Origin: Octopus sinensis
Taxonomy: Eukaryota
Length of the DNA: 64,000 nt
NCBI RefSeq assembly: GCF_006345805.1
Contig: NC_043009.1
Coordinates: 5,394,001-5,458,000, forward strand
Reading direction: 5' to 3'
Position numbers and translations under genes: made by a program. Under the pieces are notes generated by a model. The model saw only the letters and a list, made by a program, of their open reading frames with translations. It did not search any database and had not been told where the DNA came from. Below, piece after piece: positions 1 through 12,700 of the stretch; within the stretch, counting starts at the first letter, position 1; every line of letters begins with the position of its first letter.

Positions 1-164
1 AAGAAAAGAGAGAAGATAAAATGCTATATTTTATAATCGATTATTTCAATGAGTTAGCAGACGGAAAAACTATAAATATGTCTCTTCAATTTAAAAATGT
101 AACTTCTCTTTATTTTTGCTTAACGTGTAAAGAAATCTTATTTAAAAGAAATAAGAAGAATTAC

Positions 165-185
165 AATAATAATAATAATAATAAC

Positions 186-247
<62 letters not shown>

Positions 248-272
248 TAATAATAATGATAATAATAATAAA
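165..272. repeat. (AAT)n microsatellite
   Basis: Near-pure AAT run; explains the poly-Asn ORF 21..311. Confidence 0.97.
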
Positions 273-1664
273 GCAACACAATACAACAAATCACAACGAA
301 ATAATTCGTAAATTCTTGTTAAAAAAGTAATTCCTTTATGCTTTCACAGTGGCAATACATAACAATTACATGTCAAAATACTACATTAAATTTATGGAGA
401 TAAAAAGAGAATTGAAGGATACGTTTTAGATTTAAATAAAATATAATGTTAGAGAGAGAGAAAAAATGGGAATAAAACAAAATATAATTCGGTGGTAATC
501 ATTTAATTTTGATTGAATTTTGCATATTGCAAGCAGGAAACAGTCGTAAATTTGTTCTTAAACAGTAGCAGCAAACCGTGTCTGTAGACATTCATACATA
601 CATATACGCACACATATACACACATATACAAATATGTAGTATGTGAGTATATGTGTATATATATACACATATGTATACATATATATACACAGCTATATAC
701 TATAAATGCATATTTGTATGTACATACACATATGTATGAATTTATATATATATGGCACGTATATATTCTATGCGTGTATACGTGTGTGCGTGTGTCTATA
801 TGTGTGTATCCATGATAGTGTGCGTGCAAGTGTGTATAGGTATTGTTTGCATGTGTGATATATATGTGTAAGACGCGTATGTACACACATATTTATTGTT
901 CTGGCAAGAAGAATTAATATTATAATACATAATATAGTATAAATCTTATGAGTTAGATATATTCATAAAGGAGTAAAAATCAATATATATTACAAGGAAT
1001 GTTTTTGAAAACCGAGTAAGAAAAGTACAGAACTATAATTTAAAGGATTTGGCGCAATGCAGTATAATTATCTTACTAATTACAATGTAATTGTGTTAAA
1101 AGTTGAAACTTTCTGTTGGTGTATATTATTTTGTTTTAGTAAACATTTTTAAAATATAAATTTGAATGATGTGAAAATGTCGTCGGGAAATTTCGATTTA
1201 GATGCCGCAGTTTAGTCAATTGCTTTCATGATGTAAATGTAAGCCAGATAGCAATTAACTAGTAATTTTGTAAAGAACGTATGACAATGCTAGAAATTTT
1301 ATTTCATTTGGTATACTTTTGAAAAGATTCAAGCTAACGGGGAACAGGTAAAGGATCTGTGTCCTGTCTGCGACAGCGCCTCTTGTGTCGTTATTGTTGA
1401 TTAACTCGTCATATATTTTAACTGTACAATAAAACTCAAGTGCTAATGCCATCACTATTCGCAACGAACTATTGGAAACAAAGCTATATATCCTTTATGC
1501 TAAGCGAATGATACCTAAGTCAACCTGCAATCAGACATGATACGAACATAATCCATAATAATTTAGTATTAACATAGATATAGATTCTTCTTAATTTCCA
1601 GTATAATTTTAAAGATGATATTGCATATTTCAGACAGCGAGAGTGCAGAATTGTCATCGTAGTA

Positions 1665-1812
1665 GACAAAACACTTTTAGTTTCTGATTTAAAATTCCGC
1701 CTGGGTCGACATTGCCTTTCATCCTTTCGGACTCGATAAAACAAGTATCAGTTCAAAACTCGGTCCAATGATTTTGACTTGGGACCTTCGCTGTAATTGC
1801 CGGCCTTGTGTG
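1665..1812 (+). mobile_element. Decayed tRNA-derived SINE, family A (label used here)
   Basis: aaattccgcctgggtcgacattgcctttcatcctttcggactcgataaa matches the family-A core seen in better copies (e.g. 26599-26834). Confidence 0.65.
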
Positions 1813-2120
1813 ATAATTTAAAAGCAATATTATATTGTTTAGGGATATATCTACTTAATTCTTTGGCGTTTATACATTCCTGAAGTTGAAATTGCAAACC
1901 ATAAAATATAAATTTGTATATAAGATTGCATATGAAAAGTGAAATACAATAAAACAGTGACAAAATATAGCTCTATAAATGTGTAACTATAATATCAATC
2001 TATCAAGTATTATCCAATTTGAAATAACAAGTTAGAAAAGTGTGAGCTTTCAGGCTACAGAGGTAATGTTTTAGATATAAAGAGTGGCTGCTTTATTGTC
2101 GAAATCATACACAATTATTC

Positions 2121-2154
<34 letters not shown>

Positions 2155-2923
2155 ATTTGTGTGTGTGAGGGGGTGCGTGTATGTGTGTTTGTGTATATGT
2201 ATGTGTGTGTACCGTCTTGGCTAAATCATATTAGTTTGTTGACTCTGCCTGCGCGGCATATATGTCAAAGAAATAATCACCCTGCAAGATTTATCTCTAA
2301 ATTGAAGTAAATCCCATGCTAGTAGATGCACATTAAATTCTAATTTCTTTTCGACTCAGAATTACTAGATTGATTTCTTGCCAAAGTTGACGCATATTGA
2401 AAAATTAAGTGCAATTTTTAATCGATTTAAACTATTATTGATAAGAACATAGAAATAACGTTTGGATGAGACAAAGTGTCTGATTAGATTATAGAAATCA
2501 TTTCAATTAACTTCACATGTTTATGTAGCTTCACAATATCAATGAGATTATTACGTCTGTTCTGTTGGTTTCTACTTCTACAGGCATAAACAATATTATA
2601 GTTAAAAGCAAGCGGTTTTAATGAGAGATTTAACTTCCCTCTATGTGTATCATCTTAGAGCACAAGTGGCCACATATTTTCTTTTTATATTATGTATAAT
2701 ATTTCAAGAATATGGAGCTGCTCATACATTTAGTACAGTTTCTATATGTATCATTGTTGATTAAATATGAACTCATGGTTAACATCAATAACATGAAATT
2801 ACAGGAAACAGTTAGAATATAATATCTTTGTAGCGGTGAATGATTAAACTGAGCAATTTGTATGCTTTGACTTTAAATAGAGATTGAATTGAGATAAAGT
2901 ACCAATATCGTCATATTACTTAC

Positions 2924-2963
2924 AAAATGTTTAAACATATATCGGTGGTGGGGAACAGTAAAT
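2924..2963 (-). other. Candidate 40-nt internal exon of an unidentified gene
   Basis: Minus strand reads cttttatatttttacag|ATTTACTG...AACATTTT|gtaagt. Two frames are open (FTVPHHRYMFKHF or LLFPTTDICLNI). No protein recognised. Confidence 0.22.
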
Positions 2964-4249
2964 CTGTAAAAATATAAAAGTATTAAGTTGCAGTAAATGA
3001 ATATAATACTGAATAACTAGAGTAGTCGTATCAAATTCTATTTGAAATTTCCGTGCTACCTTTTGCTTTTCTTTCTGGTGTTACACCAATATACATTCTG
3101 CAATAAACTAGGTATGCAATTAGTAGTACGTTTGATCTACAATTTTATATCTTTATTAGTTTCATTAAGAGCTAATGTAGAAATTGTAGATGCTTATCTG
3201 CACAACTGTAGATTCAACACACCTTTATATAGTGCAGTGTTAGTTGGTTAAATAAATTAATTATAATTAGAGAAATACATTTTCCTTTCTATGTTAAAGA
3301 CAAATAACAGTTATATAAAACTAGGTAAACATGGACGGAAGCATGTGACACATTTATTGGCATAAAAACAAAATATGATGTATTTGATCGCTTTCTGTTT
3401 AAAGAGCGGTGTATTTTAGTAGCTACAAAAGTGCCAATATAATCAGAAAAACAGTGTCAGTGAATGTGCACGTTGAGGTGAATAGTGAACGAATAATGAA
3501 TAAAGGGAGTGATTGAAATAACTTTCAATATAAAGAGACTATTGGTACATTATTTGTAATGACATGGGAAATAATGTTTTCATATTTTCGCTTTCTTATG
3601 TTTATAAAATTATCCTTTTAACTGCCGTTTTCCACGGTGTTATGAAACTGAAGAATGTGTGAATTCACACCAATAGAACAAGTTAATAACTATGTTGACG
3701 TTATATATGTCTAATGAGTTTAGCACCTTTACTGTTCTAAAGAAAAAGCGTGAAACGTTTACTTTTATCCTCGGCTTCTATAATTTCTTGCTTCAAATTA
3801 AGGAAAGCAACTAGAAAATTGCAAATAAAATAATTGCAAAATATTAATATATTTTTCTTAATTATATTTTCTTTATAAAATAGAAGTAATTTATCCATTC
3901 ATATATTATGTTTTTTTTTTTGGTTTTTCAAAAAATACGCTTCGTATAGAATTTCTTAAAACTGAATAATGGTTTCCTGCAAAATCTTTTCAAATAACTT
4001 TCAATTCATAATTTCTTTTGAGATTTCTTGATAAATAATTGAACTAAAATGTGATTATTATTTTTCATAGAATATTAAATATACATTGGAAGAATTTCAT
4101 CTTACCTTACTGAAAAGTGAAAAATATTGGAAATGAAATGATGTAATGACAATTTCATTTCGAATTCTTCCATATTTTTATTGACTATACGTGTAGGTGC
4201 GTGCGTATGTGAATGTATATATACGTGTATATATAGAATATAATAAAAT

Positions 4250-4251
4250 AA

Positions 4252-4287
<36 letters not shown>

Positions 4288-4334
4288 GATAGATGGATAG
4301 ATAGAGAGAGATAAATAGACAGACAGACAAACAG

Positions 4335-4375
<41 letters not shown>

Positions 4376-4376
4376 T

Positions 4377-4432
<56 letters not shown>
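4250..4432. repeat. (TA)n/(GATA)n compound microsatellite
   Basis: Direct inspection. Confidence 0.95.
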
Positions 4433-4433
<1 letters not shown>

Positions 4434-5196
4434 GTGAGAGTAAATGTTATGGTAACATTTTAAAGTATAGCATTTAAAATTAATTTCGAAAATAAATAGT
4501 TATAAATAAATGAATAAAGGTACGAGAACAACATGCCTTTTAGAAAGAAAGAAAAGAATAATTTAGGATTATGGACGTAGTGTTTTATTTGGAATCTAAT
4601 ATAAGAAGTAATGCAAGGGAAAAAAATATTCATATATTTTTCTTTAGTTTACGCCATTTAAATAGGTGCACATTTGAGATAAGGTAACCACAAAATTCGA
4701 TGACATTTAAATATCAACAAGGTGTTCTGAGTTATTCACATGGTTCATGATGCACCATATAATGTTGAGTACCGATGCATTATTTGAAATACTTAAAAGC
4801 AGAGGATCCTTGCTGTGAAATTGACGTAATGATGCATTTTCGAACCCCAACTAAAACCAAAATAATTTAGTTACAAACTTCTACTGATGTCATTGAAAAT
4901 TTCGTGAATGTCGTCAATAATATTTTTTCTCCATAGTAACAAATGTAATATATTCGAAATAGAAATTAATATTAGAGAATTCTTACAACTTCTCATCTCA
5001 TGAAGAGAATAATTATCCGCTGAACAGGAATAAACCTCTTCCTTGATTGTGATTCCTAGAAGAAACCATTCGACTCTGCTGACGTTTTATAGTTTCTTCA
5101 GTTAATGCATGGCAGCCTGTATATTAAGGGTCTACCTATTTAAAAAAATCAACAACAAAATAAGCTGCAGAACTAAGTATAGCAAAAAAAATATTT

Positions 5197-5420
5197 GTTT
5201 CTTTATTACCCACAAGGGGCTAAACATAGAGGTGACAAACAAGGACAGACAAACGAATTAAGTCGATTACATCGACTCCAGTGCGTTACTGGTACTTAAT
5301 TTATCGACCCCGAAAGGATGAAAGGCATTGTCGACTGCGGTGGAATTTGAAATCAGAACGTAGCGAAATACGGCTACGCATTTCGCCCGGCGTGCTAACG
5401 TTTTTGCCAGCTCGCCGCCT
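5197..5420 (-). mobile_element. tRNA-derived SINE family A, near full-length monomer
   Basis: Reverse complement gives head ggcggcgagctggcaaaaacgttagcacgccgggcgaaatg, B-box-like tctgatttcaaattcc, core tttcatcctttcggggtcgataaattaagtaccag and tail ccccttgtgggtaataaagaaa. Confidence 0.9.
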
Positions 5421-5994
5421 TATAGGAAAAAAAAGTATTGATAAAGTATTTACTGCGTCTGTATGTTTATATATCTGCCTTTCATTTTACAGAATTATAC
5501 ACACCTATCAGATGGCCGTAGTTAAATAAAATATTTTTACCCAACGTATTTGAGTTATGATACTATGAAACAATAATAAGATGTATTAATATGTAAAACA
5601 CATGAAATTTAGAATTACTTGTTCTTGATTTTCACCATTTTTGTAATCATTACATTAATAATAGAAATAATTTTATTTATGCATATCTTTTGAACACGGC
5701 TCTCGGCACAGAAGAATAAATTGTAATGTACTTCGTGTTTAATGAGAATGAACAATAAATTTGTCTCTGTTCTTAGTATTGTGCAACGCCATCAATAAAT
5801 ATCGGTTGCTATTCGTATATTAACTTTATAAATTCTTACTTTATCATTTACAATTCTAATAAGCTATATTCAAGTAAAATTCTCTTAATTATTTTACTTA
5901 CACCGCCGTATTGCTCATATATGTTGAATTTCACCTTTATTAATATTATGGTTCCTAAGTTTGCATTCATTAAATTAAGTCTATAATGAACTCA

Positions 5995-6272
5995 TACCAG
6001 TTACCAGTTACGCACTGAGGTCGATGTAATCGACTTAATCTGTTTGTCTGTCCTTGTTTAGCCCTATGTGGGTAGTAAAGAAATAGGTATTTCGCCTGCC
6101 CTTACGTTCTGAGTTCAAATTCCGTCGAGGTCGACTTTGCCTTTCATCCTATCGGTGTCGATAAATTAAGTACCAGTTACGCACTGGGGTCGATGTAATC
6201 GACTTAATCTCTTTGTCTGTCTTTGTTTGCCCCCTCTTTGTTTAGCCCCTTGTGTGCAATAAAGAAATAAGA
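5995..6272 (+). mobile_element. SINE family A, 5'-truncated multimer (end of unit 1 plus unit 2)
   Basis: Tail gtgggtagtaaagaaatag joins gtatttcgcctgcc, then a second body ending gcaataaagaaataagaaa. Confidence 0.88.
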
Positions 6273-6699
6273 AATTGTGATCTTTAAATAGAGAGGAAAA
6301 TAGAAAACTGTGAGTGGGAGTGAAAGTTCCAACTGAAATATCAAAACCTCGCAAATAGCATTGATTTATAAATGTATACTTGGCAGTCTAAAAGAAAAGT
6401 GAAACCATTCATAGAAATACTTTGCCATAATGCTTCCGTCTCTATAAATCTGAGATGAAATGTCGACAAGATCAATTTACTTATATATACTTTCGGAATG
6501 GATAAAATATAGAACCAGTCAAATACTCGGGCCGACGGAAACATCTTGCCCCTCATTACATGAGGTTGCTGGCCCTGTGCCCGAAACTGGAAAACATTAT
6601 TATTATCATTGTAATTTCCCTTCTTAGAGCTCTCGGTTTCACTAATTCTCTAAGAGTGGATAATATGCTGTTGTTAATGTTCTCGCAGATAGTTCTTCC

Positions 6700-6874
6700 A
6701 AAATATTGTTCAAATGAGTTCAAATTCCGCCGAGGTTGACTTTGCCTTTCATCCTTTCGGGGTCGATAAATTAAGTACCAGTTATGCACTGGCGTCGATA
6801 TAATCGACTTAATTCGTTTGTCTGTCCTTGTTTGTCCTCTCTGTGTTAAGCCCTTTGTGGGTAGTAAAGAAATA
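6700..6874 (+). mobile_element. SINE family A, headless copy
   Basis: gagttcaaattccgccgaggttgactttgcctttcatcctttcggggtcgataaattaagtaccag through gtgggtagtaaagaaa. Confidence 0.88.
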
Positions 6875-7630
6875 CATATTGTCCATGCATCGTTTAACTT
6901 TCCAGTTGCCCAGTCTTTGTTCTCCATCTTGTTTTTCAATTTTTTGTTTATGTGCCACATTCTCAATTGGTATTGTGTTGCTATTTCTAACAACAGTTAT
7001 TATTATTACGGCACCTAGCCTGGAGAAACGTTAATTCGCCGAAAAATATGATAAGTACCATTTCGTCCGCTTTTTGTTTCTGTGTTCAACGTACCGCTGA
7101 GATCGATAAATTTTATACCACTTGAGAACTGGGGTGGATGTAATGGGACTAGCCCCTTCCCAGCTATTTTATATATATTCCCTACTTATTTTGATGCAAT
7201 ATTTGAAAGCATGATTTGAGAGATAGAAGAATCTTTGTGTAATATATTACAATTGCAATAGCTACCAGGTCATTTTCATTACTGATACGTTAACAAAAGC
7301 TATATCTCTTCTTGCAAGCAACCTGTCATTTTTACAGCTATCTCAATAGGAAAGAATGATTAATACGTGATCAACAATTGGTCGATAAATTTATAATATA
7401 TCTATGTTCACGCTGCATTAAGGGTGTCAATGCTTCGATCTTTGCTTTTCAATATTCAAATGTTTAGAAAATCTATATTTCTCAATAAAATACAATATAT
7501 TTCGTTATATTTATTTTCATTCTCTTAGTCCTTTCTTTCCGAGTGCATTCCACCCTGTTATCTCGATTTTATAAATATTTACTCTCTTTTTCATATTTGC
7601 TCATATTTTCATTTTAACTTAGACATTATC

Positions 7631-7790
7631 TAGGCAGGGACGTGGGTGTATGTTAAGAAGATCTTTTTCCCAACTACATGGCTCCAGGTTCAGTCCCAGT
7701 ACAGTGCGCCTTGAGCAAGTGTCATCTAGTTTAACCCAGGGCCTATTAAAGACTTGTGAATGGATATGGCTGATGGAAATTAAAGCCCGC

Positions 7791-7827
<37 letters not shown>

Positions 7828-7944
7828 ATATATATATATATACATATTGATATTCCTAATGTATATGAGTTTTACAGAAAATTTCTTTGCCTTCTTTACA
7901 AATCAGGAGGAGGATTTTGTTTTTGGTATTTGTATATGTATGTG

Positions 7945-8025
<81 letters not shown>

Positions 8026-8225
8026 TCTGTCTTTGAGGACTGGTGTTTGCTTAAGTCCTCTCCTAATTTAGTGGTTCGGCAAAATGTGACGGGTAATATA
8101 ATAAATACAAGGCTTATAATACAGTAATTACTGGGATCGGCTTGTTCGACTAAACACCTGAAGGTGGTTTACTCCAGCATGGACAGAGACTAATGACTAA
8201 AACACTTAAAAGATAAAAGATTACA
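7631..8225 (+). mobile_element. Bipartite SINE family B (tRNA/CORE-like head + internal microsatellite + second module), decayed
   Basis: Head ccaggttcagtccc...cttgagcaagtgtc, then (CT)n(TA)n(TG)n, then module ttagtggttcggcaaaa...ccagcatgg...atgactaaaac; same layout as 22524-22920. Confidence 0.75.
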
Positions 8226-8710
8226 TATCTTTTTTCCGTTTTGGCTTATATATTTCATATCTTAAGTAATTCTATATGGCATATGTTACATGAGAATCCA
8301 GTACAACCACACGTGACTGAAAGTGAACTGAGTGTACTATCGGAGCAGGTGACAGTGTTGATCGACCGTATTGGTTACTGCGCCAGTACGACGTGTGTTG
8401 GTTCGAGTAGTACAGAGGGCGTTTTATATGGACATAATAATTCTGCTATTGGTTATTTTAGATAACCACATCCAAATATTTTGAGGGTTAATAATATTTT
8501 ACACCCGACGTGTATACGCACGCGTTATAACAGTATGCAAACATGAAATAATCACTACCGTCTGGGGGTGCGCAAGTGTCATGTTTCAGTGATCAGACTA
8601 TGAAGCGACACATCCTTTTAGCAAAATAAAACGTTTCAATACACATTTTCCTCAATTTATCAACAATGCGATGTGTTATGAAGTTTATTATACATATATA
8701 TATATATTAT

Positions 8711-8743
<33 letters not shown>

Positions 8744-8755
8744 TCATAAATGAGG

Positions 8756-8963
8756 GCGATATACAACAAAAAGATAGATCAATGCTGAACAATGTTTCCT
8801 TATCAACACAACATGTGTATTTCGCCGCCCGTGTGGGTCTGATAAACTGTATCGAGGACAAGTACTGCTGATGAATTATAGACAAATATGTGAGTATGAT
8901 TACATATTGTGTTGATAAGGAAACAATTGTTCAGCATTGATCTATCTTTTTGTGGTATTTCGC
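8756..8963. mobile_element. MITE-like element with ~60 bp imperfect terminal inverted repeats
   Basis: gcgatatacaacaaaaagatagatcaatgctgaacaatgtttccttatcaacacaa (from 8756) pairs with ttgtgttgataaggaaacaattgttcagcattgatctatctttttgtggtatttcgc (to 8963). Confidence 0.75.
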
Positions 8964-9069
8964 TTCCCTTATGTTGAAAGTAATGCTGTTTCTGCTGTGG
9001 AAAAATCTTCGGTGGCTATACCAGAAAAAGGAGCTTTTTCTAGCACTAGAGTTAGCCATTTATCGTTAA

Positions 9070-9119
<50 letters not shown>

Positions 9120-9244
9120 TGATATTCCTAATGTATATGAGTTTTACAGAAAATTTCTTTGCCTTCTTTACAAATCAGGAGGAGGATTTTGTTTTTGGTA
9201 TTTGTATATGTATGTGTATATATAAATATATATATATATATATA

Positions 9245-9298
<54 letters not shown>

Positions 9299-9995
9299 TG
9301 TGTGTGTTTGTCTGTCTTTGAGGACTGGTGTTTGCTTAAGTCCTCTCCTAATTTAGTGGTTCGGCAAAATGTGACGGGTAATATAATAAATACAAGGCTT
9401 ATAAAACAGTAATTACTGGGATCGGCTTGTTCGACTAAACACCTGAAGGTGGTTTACTCCAGCATGGACAGAGACTAATGACTAAAACACTTAAAAGATA
9501 AAAGATTACATATCTTTTTTCCGTTTTGGCTTATATATTTCATATCTTAAGTAATTCTATATGGCATATGTTACATGAGAATCCAGTACAACCACACGTG
9601 ACTGAAAGTGAACTGAGTGTACTATCGGAGCAGGTGACAGTGTTGATCGACCGTATTGGTTACTGCGCCAGTACGACGTGTGTTGGTTCGAGTAGTACAG
9701 AGGGCGTTTTATATGGACATAATAATTCTGCTATTGGTTATTTTAGATAACCACATCCAAATATTTTGAGGGTTAATAATATTTTACACCCGACGTGTAT
9801 ACGCACGCGTTATAACAGTATGCAAACATGAAATAATCACTACCGTCTGGGGGTGCGCAAGTGTCATGTTTCAGTGATCAGACTATGAAGCGACACATCC
9901 TTTTAGCAAAATAAAACGTTTCAATACACATTTTCCTCAATTTATCAACAATGCGATGTGTTATGAAGTTTATTATACATATATATATATATTAT

Positions 9996-10028
<33 letters not shown>

Positions 10029-10040
10029 TCATAAATGAGG

Positions 10041-10248
10041 GCGATATACAACAAAAAGATAGATCAATGCTGAACAATGTTTCCTTATCAACACAACATG
10101 TGTATTTCGCCGCCCGTGTGGGTCTGATAAACTGTATCGAGGACAAGTACTGCTGATGAATTATAGACAAATATGTGAGTATGATTACATATTGTGTTGA
10201 TAAGGAAACAATTGTTCAGCATTGATCTATCTTTTTGTGGTATTTCGC
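10041..10248. mobile_element. Second copy of the 8756-8963 MITE-like element (inside the tandem duplication)
   Basis: Same sequence offset by 1285 bp. Confidence 0.75.
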
Positions 10249-10358
10249 TTCCCTTATGTTGAAAGTAATGCTGTTTCTGCTGTGGAAAAATCTTCGGTGG
10301 CTATACCAGAAAAAGGAGCTTTTTCTAGCACTAGAGTTAGCCATTTATCGTTAACTCT

Positions 10359-10421
<63 letters not shown>

Positions 10422-10521
10422 AGTTCAGCAAAATTAAGACTCAGATGAATATGGTACTTAAGTTAAAGGCAGCAGCATTTTTTATGGTATTTTCCATATA
10501 ATCAAATAGGGTGATTATAAT

Positions 10522-10714
10522 CAAAATAAACAACAAGGATATCAAAGGGAGTGTAGTACAATTGTTTCATGCTACTTCATTTTATTAAACACGATAAGTA
10601 TTACATCAGATATTGCTCGGAATATTAAAAATGATGTAATACAGTGTTTAATAAAATGAAGTAGTATGAAACAATCATACTACACTACCTTGGATATACT
10701 TGTTGCTTATTTGG
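10522..10714. mobile_element. Fold-back (hairpin) MITE-like element, ~85 bp arms and ~23 nt loop
   Basis: Arm caaaataaacaacaaggatatcaaagggagtgtagtacaattgtttcatgctacttcattttattaaacac...tattacatca is the reverse complement, with a few mismatches, of tgatgtaatacagtgtttaataaaatgaagtagtatgaaacaatcatactacactaccttggatatacttgttgcttatttgg. Confidence 0.8.
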
Positions 10715-10743
10715 ATATATATATGTATGTATATATGTATGTT

Positions 10744-10807
<64 letters not shown>

Positions 10808-10905
10808 ATCTCTTATGGGTAGAATTCACAATAAACCAAAAGACGAAGTCATATGATGTAGACAACAGACAGATGTATAAGTTTAACGCTCGGGAAGTGA
10901 AAATG

Positions 10906-10944
10906 TCTTTAACGTTTCGAGCCTACGCTCTTCCACAGGAAAGA
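10906..10944 (-). ncRNA. Minimal type I hammerhead-ribozyme-like motif with variant core, probably in a Penelope-like repeat
   Basis: Minus strand reads UCUUU-C-CUGUGGA-A-GAGC(GUAG)GCUC-GAA-ACGU-U-AAAGA. Stem I, stem II and a palindromic stem III are present, but core position 6 is U rather than A. Confidence 0.45.
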
Positions 10945-11861
10945 ATACAGAGGGAAACAGGGAGAGAAAATTACGAATGTGTAGTAGCTTACAGTTGCAA
11001 ATAAGTTGTTTACAACCAAAGGCCTATGCATTTGCGATCCATTCCAGAAATCATGTCTACTAAGGGTACATATATTATATTGGAAAAATGCATTAATTTA
11101 CTAATTACAAACAATTATGGTGGACATCGCTGCATTATGCGGTCTATACATGTTAACGTTGTGATATAAGACGGAGCTTTATAATCATTACTTAATGGAG
11201 ATATTTAATCATATGGCAAATATATACTTCAATTGGGTGTATGTCTGTATACATACATACATACATACATATACATAAACATATATATTTATATATATAT
11301 ATATATTTACAGTTGTAATATATGTGTGTGTGTGTGTAGTGCAGTAGATGTTTTGGTTTCAAAAGTGTTCGAATAACGGGATTCATTTAATTCTGATAAT
11401 TACATATTAGAACATCTGGTTATTTCTATCACATTCTGACTCACCGAATCATATTCCAAAATTGCGTATTTATGTTATTGATGTTGTTAATTCGCCAGCG
11501 TTATTGCTGGCGAATTAAGATATATTTTGTTAGGTCTACAGAGCTATAGTTTAGTTACACACTGTAGGAGAGCTGCTTGTGATAGAGGTGAGTCGTTTTT
11601 AGAAGTTGAGAAACGTATCGCTTGAAATATATGGACACTGAAGATATACTTATGATGTATCGAACTGCAAAGGATCTCAATATATTATTCGCAAATATCT
11701 ATAGGCCTCAGTATATTTGATAAATAGATGTAACGTTTTGATTCATAAGGGAAATTGTATAAATGGTGCAATCTCAGGAATGGTCTAGTCCAAGGAAAAG
11801 TGATTGCAGTTTTACTTTTCATCATGCGTCGAAATGAAAATCAGGAAGTGATGAAACACTT

Positions 11862-12195
11862 TTTTTTTTACTCTTTTACTTGTTTCAGTCATTTGACTGT
11901 TGCCATGCTGGATCACCGCCTTTAGTCGAGCAAATCGACCCCAGGACATATTCTTTGTAAGCATAGTACTTATTCTATTGTCCCCTTATGCCGAACCGCT
12001 AATTTACGGGGACGTAAACACACCACCAACGGTTGTCAAACGATACATATACACAGACATACACATACATATATACACATATACGACGGGCTTCTTTTCA
12101 GTTTCCGTCTACCAAATCTACTCAGAAGGATTTGGTCGGCCCGAGGCTATAGGAGAAGACACTTGCCTAAGGTGCCACGCAGTGGAACTGAACAC
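11862..12195 (-). mobile_element. Bipartite SINE family B
   Basis: Reverse complement of 22524-22920: ttgtttcagtcatttgactgttgccatgctgg...(ca/ta)n...taccaaatctactcagaaggatttggtcggcccgaggctataggagaagacacttgcctaaggtgccacgcagtgg. Confidence 0.88.
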
Positions 12196-12700
12196 GGATA
12201 TTTTCATGCTGAAAGTTTGGATGACATTGCAGAAGATATATTTACTCAGTTACGGAAAAAATGAACAAAATATTTCTGAAATATACAAACATCCGTTCAT
12301 GACAAGAATGATCCCTCTACTCATACATATTCGAGATCCTGAAATCAAAACGTCAAATACAAGTAACTTAGTTTGGAATTCTTCATTGTAATCTAAAGTT
12401 CTCGATGACAACAGCGTGTATACTCGCAACAACATCTTCAGCAGTCTTGCATGATACCTGCTACTCAACAGACGGAAGATCTAACTGTGCAGAGATGATA
12501 GATCCAGACTTCTTCTCTGTCAAAAGATCACGTACTGCTTAAACCAAGAACGGACAGTTTCTAATAGAAGCGTGCATCTAACAATTTCGAGGACGGCGTG
12601 TAAGTCGACACCATTGATCTCAGTTGTTGATTGGCACTGATGGTATCACTGACCTGGTCCCTATATTAGAAATCGAACCATGACTATTCCATTATATGGT
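12196..12700 (-). pseudogene. Heavily decayed mariner-like transposase, N-terminal part
   Basis: Minus-strand pieces ETVRSWFKQ, TAEDVVASIHAVVIEN and xRITMK resemble the mariner HTH region (TVxxWFKxF; TxExVxxVxxxIxENRRIT). Many stops and frameshifts. Confidence 0.35.

Larger units (their letters stand above)
7810..10380. repeat. Tandem duplication of ~1285 bp (about 7810-9094 and 9095-10380)
   Basis: Identical ORF-track entries are offset by 1285 (8241/9526, 8671/9956, 8937/10222). Boundaries lie in (CT)n(TA)n. I found one substitution outside microsatellites (8120 t vs 9405 a). Confidence 0.95.

Noticed and set aside
11633-11678. CUGAAGA...GAAC hammerhead-like string
   Set aside because: The stem II closing pair is mismatched, GAAA is incomplete and no stem I partner exists. 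At most a very decayed relic.
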